DNA of 64,000 nucleotides from a virus: IMG/VR virus record IMGVR_UViG_3300032050_000024, positions 32,001 to 96,000 of that record; one strand, 5' to 3'. Shown piece by piece: positions 9,319 to 18,369 of this stretch (position 1 is its first letter; each line of letters starts with the position of its first letter). The notes under the pieces were generated by a model. It saw only the letters and a program-made list of their open reading frames with translations, ran no database searches and was not told where the DNA came from. The position numbers and the translations under genes were made by a program.

Positions 9319-10106
9319 CATACTCCTCTTTTTGTATCATATGCAATAATATGGTCTCTTCCGGTCATGTTATACCCATGTTCGGCACACATTTCAAATA
9401 CAATAGGATACATTTTAATAAGTTCTTCTCTAGTGTCGCCAGCTGGCATAATGTATGTCTTTTCTTTTGGAATAAGTAATTCTACACGTAACTCTTCAAT
9501 TTCGTCAAGATTCTTTTCCGTGCCATCCCATACTGGTTTGTAATGATAATCTTTGTGATACATTATCATTTCTTTCATTGCCGTTTTATTGAGTCTAAAT
9601 TTATTGTGTTGTGTAATCATTTTTTCATCGACCACTGCTTTCTGAGGTGTTTCAGTCCCCAAAACGGGAATACTATTACTAAACTTAGGACTGAGGCTAA
9701 TGACATCAATTGGAAAATCAGTAGCAATAAAATGAGATCCTTCAGTTTCGATAGTAATGATAATATTTCTTTCATGTGCAAAGTGTGTTAATTCGTTAAC
9801 TAATGCGGGATGCATTGTAGGAGATCCACCCGTTAACATCATTTCTGTAATGTGAGGATTCTCGTCATATATCTTTATGATATCATTAAATGTAAACGTT
9901 CCTTTCTCCGGATGTATTGAAGTATACCAGCTATCGCACCAACCTCCTTCTCCAAACCAACATCGATGCGTGCAACCCGTAGTTCTTACGGCAATAGTCG
10001 GTCTACCAAAACGAGAACCTTCACTTTGTACACATCTATATAATTCAACAATTGGTAAGACTTTGTCATAGTCTGCGATTCTTTTAGAATGGGAGGTCAT
10101 AGTCAT
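9318..10106 (-). CDS. queE: 7-carboxy-7-deazaguanine synthase (radical SAM)
   Basis: VQSEGSRFGRP, RTTGCTHRC...WCDS, LTGGSP, IETEG, SLSPK. Confidence 0.92.
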   Translation of the reverse strand: MTMTSHSKRIADYDKVLPIVELYRCVQSEGSRFGRPTIAVRTTGCTHRCWFGEGGWCDSWYTSIHPEKGTFTFNDIIKIYDENPHITEMMLTGGSPTMHPALVNELTHFAHERNIIITIETEGSHFIATDFPIDVISLSPKFSNSIPVLGTETPQKAVVDEKMITQHNKFRLNKTAMKEMIMYHKDYHYKPVWDGTEKNLDEIEELRVELLIPKEKTYIMPAGDTREELIKMYPIVFEMCAEHGYNMTGRDHIIAYDTKRGV

Positions 10107-10485
10107 CTTCTAGTTTAGTTGGTATTTCTAATTTTTTAATTACTTCAGCAAATTTAGCTTCTAAGTCTTCTAATCGTTTCTGTATTTTAATTAATTCAGA
10201 ACGTCTTACAAATGGAGTTCGATCTACTTCAATGTTATTGGCATTGTCCACATTACCAAAATACTCATCTAGAAATGTTAGTGGATATATTTGTACCTGA
10301 GTATATTCTGGCTTTTGAGCTTCTTTAGGAAGAGTTCTCCATTTAATGTCAATACCTCGTTTAATGGCTTCTGCTGTAACTTCTCGGCCGATATTAGTAC
10401 CGCCAGAACCTTTACCTAAATACTCATAAAGTGATATGTATTGTTCTTCACTCTTCATAACTTGCTGAATTTCTTTCGTGTTCAT
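10084..10485 (-). CDS. Hypothetical protein with coiled coil and acidic DDYDLPF tail
   Basis: Intact ORF between queD and queE; likely start MKSEEQ. Confidence 0.7.
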   Translation of the reverse strand: MNTKEIQQVMKSEEQYISLYEYLGKGSGGTNIGREVTAEAIKRGIDIKWRTLPKEAQKPEYTQVQIYPLTFLDEYFGNVDNANNIEVDRTPFVRRSELIKIQKRLEDLEAKFAEVIKKLEIPTKLEDDYDLPF

Positions 10486-10912
10486 AAACTTCTACTTTAA
10501 CGGCTCGTACTCTGCCTTCGGTTTCTTCTCGTAAAAAATCATTTATTGTTTTGTAAAGATATTCGGCAAATCGTTCGCAACCTGTAGCTTCCAGGATTCT
10601 GAGTTGGATTATGCCATCTTTATCCATTTGTTTGAAATTTTCTAAGTAAGGGTCATCTTGTGCTACAATTGTAGTATGATCTAATAAAAATGCAAAATAA
10701 TCTTTTGGTGACATACCAGAAATTGATGTTTTTGCACGTTTCATGCCACCAAAGTCAAATACCCAATTACGTTGATCTAAATCACCTTCAAACCATACTC
10801 GGAATGATACTGCATATCCGTGTAAGAATTTGCAATGAGTACCATCTGCTCGCCATTGACGAAAGCATGTTGAATATCCGTCGAATAGTTTAGTTGATTT
10901 AAACTTTGCCAT
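10448..10912 (-). CDS. queD: 6-carboxytetrahydropterin synthase
   Basis: HCKFLHGY, WVFDFGG, LDH, GCERFA, EVYEHERNSASY. Confidence 0.92.
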   Translation of the reverse strand: MAKFKSTKLFDGYSTCFRQWRADGTHCKFLHGYAVSFRVWFEGDLDQRNWVFDFGGMKRAKTSISGMSPKDYFAFLLDHTTIVAQDDPYLENFKQMDKDGIIQLRILEATGCERFAEYLYKTINDFLREETEGRVRAVKVEVYEHERNSASYEE

Positions 10913-10913
10913 A

Positions 10914-11579
10914 TCAATAACCTTTTACAAATTCATAAAATTCTGCTCGGGTAGCATCATCATCTCTAAATGCACCAGTTAATTTGGATGTCTTCATTGA
11001 AGCTCCGCCATGTTTAACTCCGCGACATTGAACACAATTATGAGTTGCTTCAATCATAACAGCTACACCTTTATTGTCATTGATAATAGTATTAATAGCA
11101 TTATGAATTGCTACTGTCAATTGTTCTTGTATTGCACCTCTTCTACCAAAATGCTCTACTAATCGATTCAATTTTGATAAACCAATTACTTTGCTGTCAG
11201 TACCTGGAATATATGCAACATGAACTCGACCCATAATAGTTTGATGATGATGTGAACACATTGAAGTTAACGGAATACCTCCTTCAAATACCATACCATC
11301 ATATCCATCAGATGGAAATGCAGTAATGTCTGGAGTGCCATCATATCGACCAGCCCATAAATCATTTACATATGCTTTTGCAACTCTTCTAGGAGTATCT
11401 GAACTATTAGGGTCATTCCTCCAATCACACTTTAACGCATCAAGAAACTCACCAAATGCCTTGGCAGCTTCTTCAATCATTTTATCTTTTTCTTGTCGGG
11501 TAAATGGTGCACCTGGTGCAGAACCATTTGCGTAACCTAATTTAACTAATTCTAAATTTTGCTTTTGTTTTTCTGTCAT
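10914..11579 (-). CDS. folE: GTP cyclohydrolase I
   Basis: DTPRRVAK, SMCSHHH, GLSKLNR, QEQLT, HNCVQCRGV. Confidence 0.96.
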   Translation of the reverse strand: MTEKQKQNLELVKLGYANGSAPGAPFTRQEKDKMIEEAAKAFGEFLDALKCDWRNDPNSSDTPRRVAKAYVNDLWAGRYDGTPDITAFPSDGYDGMVFEGGIPLTSMCSHHHQTIMGRVHVAYIPGTDSKVIGLSKLNRLVEHFGRRGAIQEQLTVAIHNAINTIINDNKGVAVMIEATHNCVQCRGVKHGGASMKTSKLTGAFRDDDATRAEFYEFVKGY

Positions 11580-11596
11580 AACTTAATATTAATTTT

Positions 11597-11624
11597 AATA
11601 TAATAAAATTTATTGGGGTTTCAA
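11597..11624 (-). promoter_or_regulatory. Sigma70-like promoter TTGAAA-N16-TATATT upstream of folE
   Basis: Intergenic, recurrent motif. Confidence 0.6.
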
Positions 11625-11641
11625 AGTTTTTATGTAAACTT

Positions 11642-11692
11642 TTACATGTTCGGATCACCTGGGGTATCAATACCGGATGCATCGTATTTTGT
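11642..11692 (-). repeat. 51-bp repeat encoding TKYDASGIDTPGDPNM* (copy A; copy B at 12098-12148)
   Basis: Direct alignment: 44/51 nt identical; all 7 differences are at third codon positions. Confidence 0.95.
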
Positions 11693-12082
11693 TTGATTTA
11701 ATTTAACTAAATTTACGTTAATTGTTTGTTTACCTAAGGCCCAATTGGCAACAAGTCTATGATGTCCATCATAAATTGCCATTTCTCCATCTACAAACTG
11801 AACTGCATTAATTGGCGTTGTTGCATTTATATTTGCAATAATTTGCTTTACTTTATTGCTTTGAATGTTTGGTTGAGTTATTCGAATGTCTGAAATATTA
11901 ACAGTTTCTGGGGTTGCTGTTTTTTGATTTGTTTCAAATGCTTGTATCACCTCGTTCCAGGTATGACGACTCATTTTAAATACATCTTTTATATTTTTTG
12001 CGTCATCAAATAATTTACCTGCAGGTAGTTTATCAATTCGAGTATGATTTGTTTCATTTAATAAATTACGTAATCGTATCAT
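11642..12082 (-). CDS. ParB/Srx-like domain protein with shared leader and C-terminal tag
   Basis: IRITQ...PINAV...IYDGHHRL motif; termini MIRLRNLLNE and TKYDASGIDTPGDPNM. Confidence 0.75.
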   Translation of the reverse strand: MIRLRNLLNETNHTRIDKLPAGKLFDDAKNIKDVFKMSRHTWNEVIQAFETNQKTATPETVNISDIRITQPNIQSNKVKQIIANINATTPINAVQFVDGEMAIYDGHHRLVANWALGKQTINVNLVKLNQTKYDASGIDTPGDPNM

Positions 12083-12086
12083 ATTA

Positions 12087-12094
12087 ATAAATAT
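12087..12094 (-). promoter_or_regulatory. Putative late-promoter motif ATATTTAT (one of about 15 intergenic copies)
   Basis: 4 nt upstream of the ATG at 12082; same motif precedes most structural operons. Confidence 0.55.
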
Positions 12095-12097
12095 TCT

Positions 12098-12589
12098 TTA
12101 CATGTTCGGATCACCGGGCGTGTCGATGCCCGATGCATCATATTTTGTATTAATTACTCTAATTAGTTTACTATTAACTAAACATTTTTTTATGTTAACA
12201 ACAAAAACTGAAAGATTATTTGGATCTTCAGAATATCCTTCTACGGTATTATGATAAATAAATTCATTGTAATTGCCGTATTTTATAAAATCCTCAGTTG
12301 TATGACCAGCACCTTCGTCTACATCCATCATGATTTTTGGATATGGATTTACTAATCTGATATTAATTTTATATTCATAAAAAACTGAGTAATGATTCCA
12401 TAACGAATCAATCCTAGTATCTACTTGCTCACTAGTACCTAAATGTATTGGTTGATTAGATGTTACAAAATCTATTTTATTTGAAGATCCATGATATGTA
12501 GTTAACATCAAGCCAGGTTTAATTCCTTGACTGTGAATAGTGTCCGGCCAAAATGAATTTTCCATTAATAAATTTTTTAATCGTATCAT
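12098..12589 (-). CDS. Putative ADP-ribosyltransferase-like (ART-PolyVal-type) protein with shared leader and C-terminal tag
   Basis: YHGS...IHLGT..Q...R, NP, IYHNTVEG...SVFVV pattern; termini MIRLKNLLME and TKYDASGIDTPGDPNM. Confidence 0.55.
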   Translation of the reverse strand: MIRLKNLLMENSFWPDTIHSQGIKPGLMLTTYHGSSNKIDFVTSNQPIHLGTSEQVDTRIDSLWNHYSVFYEYKINIRLVNPYPKIMMDVDEGAGHTTEDFIKYGNYNEFIYHNTVEGYSEDPNNLSVFVVNIKKCLVNSKLIRVINTKYDASGIDTPGDPNM

Positions 12590-12590
12590 A

Positions 12591-12809
12591 TTAATATATA
12601 TCTTTTAGGGTAGTATTACCTTTTATATGATGCGGTTCATAAGGACAATGTCGGCATCTATTTCCACAACATGTACCTCGTTTAATGTGATATGATTCTG
12701 TAAAAACACGATATCCATTTTCATAATAAAAGTCAGTTGGAAGGAGCTTGTTTCCAAACTCCCTCACAAATGCTTGTTGTATCCAATCTTTTGACGCAGA
12801 CACTATCAT
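12591..12809 (-). CDS. Small Cys-rich protein (DUF5522-like)
   Basis: VFTESYHIKRGTCCGNRCRHCPY. Confidence 0.75.
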   Translation of the reverse strand: MIVSASKDWIQQAFVREFGNKLLPTDFYYENGYRVFTESYHIKRGTCCGNRCRHCPYEPHHIKGNTTLKDIY

Positions 12810-14665
12810 TATTTAACCTCACACGCTCCGCCTGCACAAGCTAATTCTCCTGATAAGTCAGTGTTATCATCAAGTTCAATTACTTGGCTCAAATCAATAT
12901 TAGTTAATGATTTTAACATAGATTCATATTGTTCTTTGGTAATATCCTCGAAGGGCGCTTGAGTATATGTTCCTCCATCATATGGTAATACTGATAATCC
13001 GTTGTAATGATCTCTGTTATTCCACATCCATTCTCCTGCTAATTCCCATTCATCTGCCTTAAGTGATACTGTTGCAGATACATTGTGAGTATTGTTTCCC
13101 GTTCTATGTCCTGGTTTAACCCATTCTAAATGTACTTTCTTAATGCGATCTAATAATTGGAATGGGGATTCTGTTCTTAGGATTGCACCTTCTGGAGCTT
13201 TTTGTGGTATTGAAATAACTGCAGTGTCATGTGGTCGGAAATATTCATCTTCAACTAGCTCTGGATGATTAATTGCTAGGTATGTATAAATTGCTTCATT
13301 TTTTCCTACACGTATTCTTCTTACATAGTAATCGTTGTGCCAAGCATGAATGCCCGATGATGTTCCTAAAGTAAGTGATGTTGTTCCTGCAGGTTTAACG
13401 GTTGTTGTACGAGCTGAGCGATTAATACCAATAATGCTAGCAACTCTTTCATTTTCTGTTTTTACAGCTTTTGCTGCAGCTTTCATATCATAACCTAAAA
13501 CTGTTCCAGATCCGATACCTGTCATCGATACGCCAATAAGTGCATCTTTCTCAGTTGTACGTTTCCAAATTGGACGAAGGTAATGAAAATCAGTATAACC
13601 TGCTTGAAGTGTTCCAATAAATGCTGCTGCTTTTACTCGTTCTTCTAAATCTTCTTGTGATTCAATATCCGATGCATTTACTTCACAAAGATTACAGAAT
13701 TGAAACGGACGAAGTGCAATTTCGCAACATGGGTTAGTTCCCCAATCTTTATCATTAGAAAGATATATTCCGGGTTCTCCAGCATTTGATAATTCAACAC
13801 GTTTCCACAAATCCATAAAGAAATCTCTTGTTACTTTGTGACGTATTAATACTGCTGAATTATTTGCCCGGCCTCTTTGTGGATTATTTTCCCACCAGTT
13901 GCCTGACTTACATGAAATCATTTCTTCATCATCTGCTGAAAATAAAGATATAAGTGCAGCTCTACGAATTCCTCCTGCTAGTACCGCATCTGCAACGTGA
14001 CAAACCATATCATGTACTTCAATTGGAGAAAGTTTGTCGCCATCTTCTTTTGCATCTAAAATACCTGCTAGTTTAATCAAACATTCTTTAAGTGGTTGTG
14101 GACCTGGAGCTTTTCCTCCTGATGTAACCAATCTAGCACCTTTAGGACGGATATCACTAAAATCAAACACAAATGTTGATCCGCCTTCAAAATAAGATTT
14201 AACAACAGCTTTAACTGCATCTGCCCATCCCTCAATTGAATCTGCAATAAGGAATCTACGCGTTTTCTTTGGATTTGGTTTTCTAATTTCTGGTAATTTT
14301 TCTACATGATGTGATTGAACTGAATATCCAACACCTGTACCGCCTAAAAGTAAAAACATTGCTTCACCAAAAGCTCTGTAATCATCAATTGGTAAATATG
14401 CACAATTGTAAATTCGGTTAGGGGAGATTTCAATTGGTTTTCCTCCGAATTGCAAACTTCTCATTGAAGGCAATACTTTTTTGTCATATACAAAGCGATA
14501 TGCAGCTTCTATTTCATCCCGTAATGCAGGATATTTTTTTTGATGCATTTCTTTGTTTCTTGTAACTAATTCTTCCCAAGTCTCTCGGCGGTTGAGCTCA
14601 GGAATATACTTGGCATACTTCATGTATACCGTAATTTCACTCAAAATTTTGTTTGAAATCTCCAT
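12809..14665 (-). CDS. nrdJ: Class II (adenosylcobalamin-dependent) ribonucleotide reductase
   Basis: RETWEE, PSMRSL, NCAY, TNPCCEI, TTVKPAGT and C-terminal CAGGAC; no NrdB gene adjacent. Confidence 0.92.
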   Translation of the reverse strand: MEISNKILSEITVYMKYAKYIPELNRRETWEELVTRNKEMHQKKYPALRDEIEAAYRFVYDKKVLPSMRSLQFGGKPIEISPNRIYNCAYLPIDDYRAFGEAMFLLLGGTGVGYSVQSHHVEKLPEIRKPNPKKTRRFLIADSIEGWADAVKAVVKSYFEGGSTFVFDFSDIRPKGARLVTSGGKAPGPQPLKECLIKLAGILDAKEDGDKLSPIEVHDMVCHVADAVLAGGIRRAALISLFSADDEEMISCKSGNWWENNPQRGRANNSAVLIRHKVTRDFFMDLWKRVELSNAGEPGIYLSNDKDWGTNPCCEIALRPFQFCNLCEVNASDIESQEDLEERVKAAAFIGTLQAGYTDFHYLRPIWKRTTEKDALIGVSMTGIGSGTVLGYDMKAAAKAVKTENERVASIIGINRSARTTTVKPAGTTSLTLGTSSGIHAWHNDYYVRRIRVGKNEAIYTYLAINHPELVEDEYFRPHDTAVISIPQKAPEGAILRTESPFQLLDRIKKVHLEWVKPGHRTGNNTHNVSATVSLKADEWELAGEWMWNNRDHYNGLSVLPYDGGTYTQAPFEDITKEQYESMLKSLTNIDLSQVIELDDNTDLSGELACAGGACEVK

Positions 14666-14710
14666 TGCGTAAATCCTTTTAAATGTTATTAACTTAATTT
14701 GTTTTTAGAT

Positions 14711-14742
14711 AAAAAAAGGCCGGAGTATTATATCCGTGCCTT
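14711..14742 (-). terminator. Intrinsic terminator-like hairpin between helicase and nrdJ
   Basis: Minus strand AAGGCACGGA-loop-TCCGGCC followed by T7. Confidence 0.65.
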
Positions 14743-14761
14743 ATTTCATATAAATATGTTT

Positions 14762-16117
14762 TTAGCCCAAAGTTCCTCCGAGATCTTTGAATTTTTGTGC
14801 CAAATTTTTCTTCATCATATTCTCGCCAGTTTTCATAACTTGCGTAGTTTGTTTACCTTGAGTTGTTTGCGGTTCAAAGAATTGGAACTGGCCATTGTTT
14901 GTGTTAATTTTACTAGGCAATGTAATACCATCGGGGCCGAATCTATTTTTAATAACATGGCCTCTACCGGTACCTGACATCTTATCTTCAACCTTTCTAG
15001 AAAGTGACATTAAAAAGTCAGCAACCATTACTTTTCCATATGATGATGCAATTTTATCTGCTTCAATAACATCTTCTTCTAAGGCGCTTCTTCCTGCTTG
15101 TGATGCAGTCCAAACTGGTATTCCATATTCCCCTGCCATTCCCCTTAACTCTTCGTATAACTCCTCTAAGGCTTCGTGCTTGTCCTTTTTTACGTTGATT
15201 TTCAACAAGTCACCATAATCTACAATAACTAATGCAGGTGTTTTACCTAGCATCATAGTCTTTTCTAAATGAGCTTTGATACCCATTACTCCTACTGATT
15301 TAGTTGGAAAGTATTTAACAATTAAATCTCCTGATAATCCATTCATTTTTTCTTGAACTGTATCCTGATGATGTTTAAGTGTTTGTGCATTGATTCCTGT
15401 TAATACTGAATCATAGCGTTGACCTACATAATTTTCATTAAGTTCCAACGTATAATGTATAACACAGTGTCCAGCTCGCATTGCATTTGCACCTATATTG
15501 ATAAGCATCCAAGATTTACCAATACCTGCGGGAGCCATTACTACTCCTAATTCTCCGGGGGCTAATCCACCATCCATTAAATCATCAATAACATCCCAAC
15601 CCGTTGTGATTGTATGACGTGAAGCTTCTGCATAACGTGCTGCAATATTTTGTTTGTATTCTAAACCAATATTGGTATCAGCACCTGCTTTCATTGCTCC
15701 GTCAATTTTGCTTTTTATTTCATCATAATTACCCATTTTGAGTAATCCTACTGAATCCATAATAGCTCTTTTGATTTCTTGATTCTTACAAAATCTTAAT
15801 ATCTCATCTTTTACGAAAGTAAGATCATCGGACTCCATATATCGAAAAACTTCTTTAAGCTGTTCTAATACAGCTGTTTTCAATATATCATTATCAATCT
15901 CAGTTATTTTTACTTTAAGTACATCTTTTGACGGAGGACATTTGTATTCTGCAAAATGCTGTAGTGTTACTTCTAACAACCAACTGTTTGCGTCTGATTC
16001 AAAATAATCCGGACTTATTATATCGGCAATTTGTTGTAAAAATGTTCTATCCGTAAATAATGCTGCTATTGTTTTTACTTGAAATCCGTATCCGTATTCC
16101 GATAATTTATCTGTCAT
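14762..16117 (-). CDS. gp41: Replicative DnaB-like helicase (T4 gp41-like)
   Basis: APAGIGKS, HYTLEL, IVDYGDL, TASQ, KNRFG. Confidence 0.95.
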   Translation of the reverse strand: MTDKLSEYGYGFQVKTIAALFTDRTFLQQIADIISPDYFESDANSWLLEVTLQHFAEYKCPPSKDVLKVKITEIDNDILKTAVLEQLKEVFRYMESDDLTFVKDEILRFCKNQEIKRAIMDSVGLLKMGNYDEIKSKIDGAMKAGADTNIGLEYKQNIAARYAEASRHTITTGWDVIDDLMDGGLAPGELGVVMAPAGIGKSWMLINIGANAMRAGHCVIHYTLELNENYVGQRYDSVLTGINAQTLKHHQDTVQEKMNGLSGDLIVKYFPTKSVGVMGIKAHLEKTMMLGKTPALVIVDYGDLLKINVKKDKHEALEELYEELRGMAGEYGIPVWTASQAGRSALEEDVIEADKIASSYGKVMVADFLMSLSRKVEDKMSGTGRGHVIKNRFGPDGITLPSKINTNNGQFQFFEPQTTQGKQTTQVMKTGENMMKKNLAQKFKDLGGTLG

Positions 16118-16123
16118 ATAACC

Positions 16124-16151
16124 ATTATAATAAAAATGATGTTAAAATCAA
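16124..16151 (-). promoter_or_regulatory. Sigma70-like promoter TTGATT-N16-TATAAT upstream of the helicase
   Basis: Intergenic, recurrent motif. Confidence 0.65.
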
Positions 16152-16152
16152 A

Positions 16153-17208
16153 TTATTTTTGTGTTTGTTTTGCAAAAGCATTTAATGATAACCAAGTATT
16201 GTTTAACCAATCTGGTAAATTTTTCATAACAGCCCACATCTTATCTTGATAAAATAATCTTTGAAATTCTGCTCGATTTAATTCGGTAATGGGTTGTTCC
16301 ATAATACCTCGTATCTTTGTTGCAGTTTGAGCTGGTATATCTAAAAGTTTAATATTCATAAGACGATAATTTTTATCTATCGTTTCATAATTATTAAGAA
16401 CTTTTTGATGACTTTTTGATTCGGTTAGCATTTTACATTTACTTTGCAAATCATCCAATGTAAACTCTTTACTACTTGCTAATTCCGGAAATGTTTTTAA
16501 TATAGTTTTTGGGCCAAAGCCATCTACTCCAGGAATGTTATCTGAAGCATCGCCTGTAAATGTACGATATACAACATAATTTTTAGGATGAACTCCAAAT
16601 TCTTCAATCAATGTATTTTCATCATACATTTTCTTTTTAATTGGAGACCAAACTTGCAATGTAGGACTAATTAATTGATAGAAATCTCTATCCGTAGAAA
16701 CTACTGTAATTTTTTTACTAATGTCTTCATACATTTGTGTTATGTATGCAATTGTATCATCTGCTTCAATTCCATCCATTGAAATAAATGTAACTGGCAA
16801 ATTATCTAAATATGAAACCAATCTAGAAAATTGGTGACGCATTGATTCTTGTTCTTCTTCTAGTGTAGATTCATGATGATCGTGACGACGCAATTTTGTT
16901 TTATTAGCTCGATTACCTTTATAATCACTGTATATTCGTCTTCGTTTTGCAGAGCCACCTCTTCCATCGAAAACAATAATACATCTACTAGGACGTAAAT
17001 CTCTAACCGTTTTTCCTATTGAATACAAAAAACCAGTAATTCCGCCAATATGATCGCCATCTTCATTATATGCAGGAGTTGCACCAAAGCTACGAATGAA
17101 AGTATTCAAACCGTCGAATACCATGAGATGATCATTGACATTCGACGGACTTGAATCCTTTTCTTGTTGTAACTGTTTGAATAATTCTTGATACCTATTC
17201 TTCATCAT
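16153..17208 (-). CDS. 5'-3' exonuclease / flap endonuclease (T4 RNase H-like)
   Basis: DGLN, VFDG, YKGNR, EADD, STDRD, GDASDNIPGV. Confidence 0.93.
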   Translation of the reverse strand: MMKNRYQELFKQLQQEKDSSPSNVNDHLMVFDGLNTFIRSFGATPAYNEDGDHIGGITGFLYSIGKTVRDLRPSRCIIVFDGRGGSAKRRRIYSDYKGNRANKTKLRRHDHHESTLEEEQESMRHQFSRLVSYLDNLPVTFISMDGIEADDTIAYITQMYEDISKKITVVSTDRDFYQLISPTLQVWSPIKKKMYDENTLIEEFGVHPKNYVVYRTFTGDASDNIPGVDGFGPKTILKTFPELASSKEFTLDDLQSKCKMLTESKSHQKVLNNYETIDKNYRLMNIKLLDIPAQTATKIRGIMEQPITELNRAEFQRLFYQDKMWAVMKNLPDWLNNTWLSLNAFAKQTQK

Positions 17209-18355
17209 AAACTTCGTCAGTGATTATTACATCATCAATTCCGCCATCAATACCTGCTTGGTATTTGAAAATATAAGCATCGCAAATTCTTTGATATAAC
17301 CTTTCTTTTACTTCTGGTTTAGAAATTACTTTATCAATAAAATTCTTTGATTGGAATTTGATTTCGCCATATGTTTCACCCGTTGCAATGTCAACATCTT
17401 CTAATGTATAATGTGCTCCAGATTGTTTAACTAAGTCAAACTTTTTCATTGTTTCTAACCAACCGCCATAATTGTCAATTCCGCTATCATAATAGATTTC
17501 GTAATTTACTTTTCTATGAGGAGGCCCCATACGATTCTTAACAACTTGAACTTCTGTTTTGCTTCCAACTACTTGTTCAACTCCATTAATCTTTGCTTTG
17601 ATCATACCTGTATTTTTCAAACGCAATCTTACCGAAGCGTGAAATGGAATTGCCTTACCACCTGCAGTAGTCCATTGATCTCCAAAAGATACTCCCATTT
17701 TAGTTCTAAGCTGATTGGTAAATATCAAACAAATCCTTTCGCGGGCAATCCAATTGGTAACTTTACGCATTGCTTTTGATAGAATAATTGATTTAGAAGT
17801 TGCATAACCATCTTTGTCATATTCAGCTGACATTTCAATCTTTGTAGATGCACCCATAATTGAGTCTACAATAATTGTAACCAAACGATCTTTATCTGAT
17901 TTACGAACTTGTTCAACAATTGTTTCAATAGTTTCAAATATTTCTTCAACTGTTTCTAATGGAACATACAACATTGTTTTTAAATCAACCCCAATTGCTT
18001 GAAGAAATTCACTACTAGTTGCTGCCTCTGTATCAATATAAACTGCCAATCCACCTTTCTTTTGCGTTTCTGCTAAAGTATGTGAAGCTAATAATGATTT
18101 ACCAGAAGCTTCTAACCCTGTAATTTCAGTAATACGACCTACAGGAAAGCCTCCGTGTGGACGGTTTGATATTGCTAAATCTAATGAATCACAACCGGAG
18201 GAAATCCATTCGGTAACATTGCTTGGAGCATCTTCATCGCCGGCTAAAAAGAAAGCGGTTTTAAGCGACTGCCCTTTGAATTGTTTGTTGATAGATTCCG
18301 CAAGGGTATTTGCCAAACTGTCTTCTATTTCCAGTTTACTTTTACTTTTTGCCAT
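17195..18355 (-). CDS. recA: RecA/UvsX recombinase
   Basis: GRITEITGLEASGKS, YIDTE, IVDS, FTNQLR, GGKAIPFHASVR, KNR. Confidence 0.93.
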   Translation of the reverse strand: MAKSKSKLEIEDSLANTLAESINKQFKGQSLKTAFFLAGDEDAPSNVTEWISSGCDSLDLAISNRPHGGFPVGRITEITGLEASGKSLLASHTLAETQKKGGLAVYIDTEAATSSEFLQAIGVDLKTMLYVPLETVEEIFETIETIVEQVRKSDKDRLVTIIVDSIMGASTKIEMSAEYDKDGYATSKSIILSKAMRKVTNWIARERICLIFTNQLRTKMGVSFGDQWTTAGGKAIPFHASVRLRLKNTGMIKAKINGVEQVVGSKTEVQVVKNRMGPPHRKVNYEIYYDSGIDNYGGWLETMKKFDLVKQSGAHYTLEDVDIATGETYGEIKFQSKNFIDKVISKPEVKERLYQRICDAYIFKYQAGIDGGIDDVIITDEVYDEE

Positions 18356-18369
18356 TTATAACTCCTTAA

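Noticed and set aside
14666-14761. Cobalamin riboswitch ahead of the B12-dependent RNR
   Set aside because: The gap is under 100 nt, AT-rich and has no B12-box
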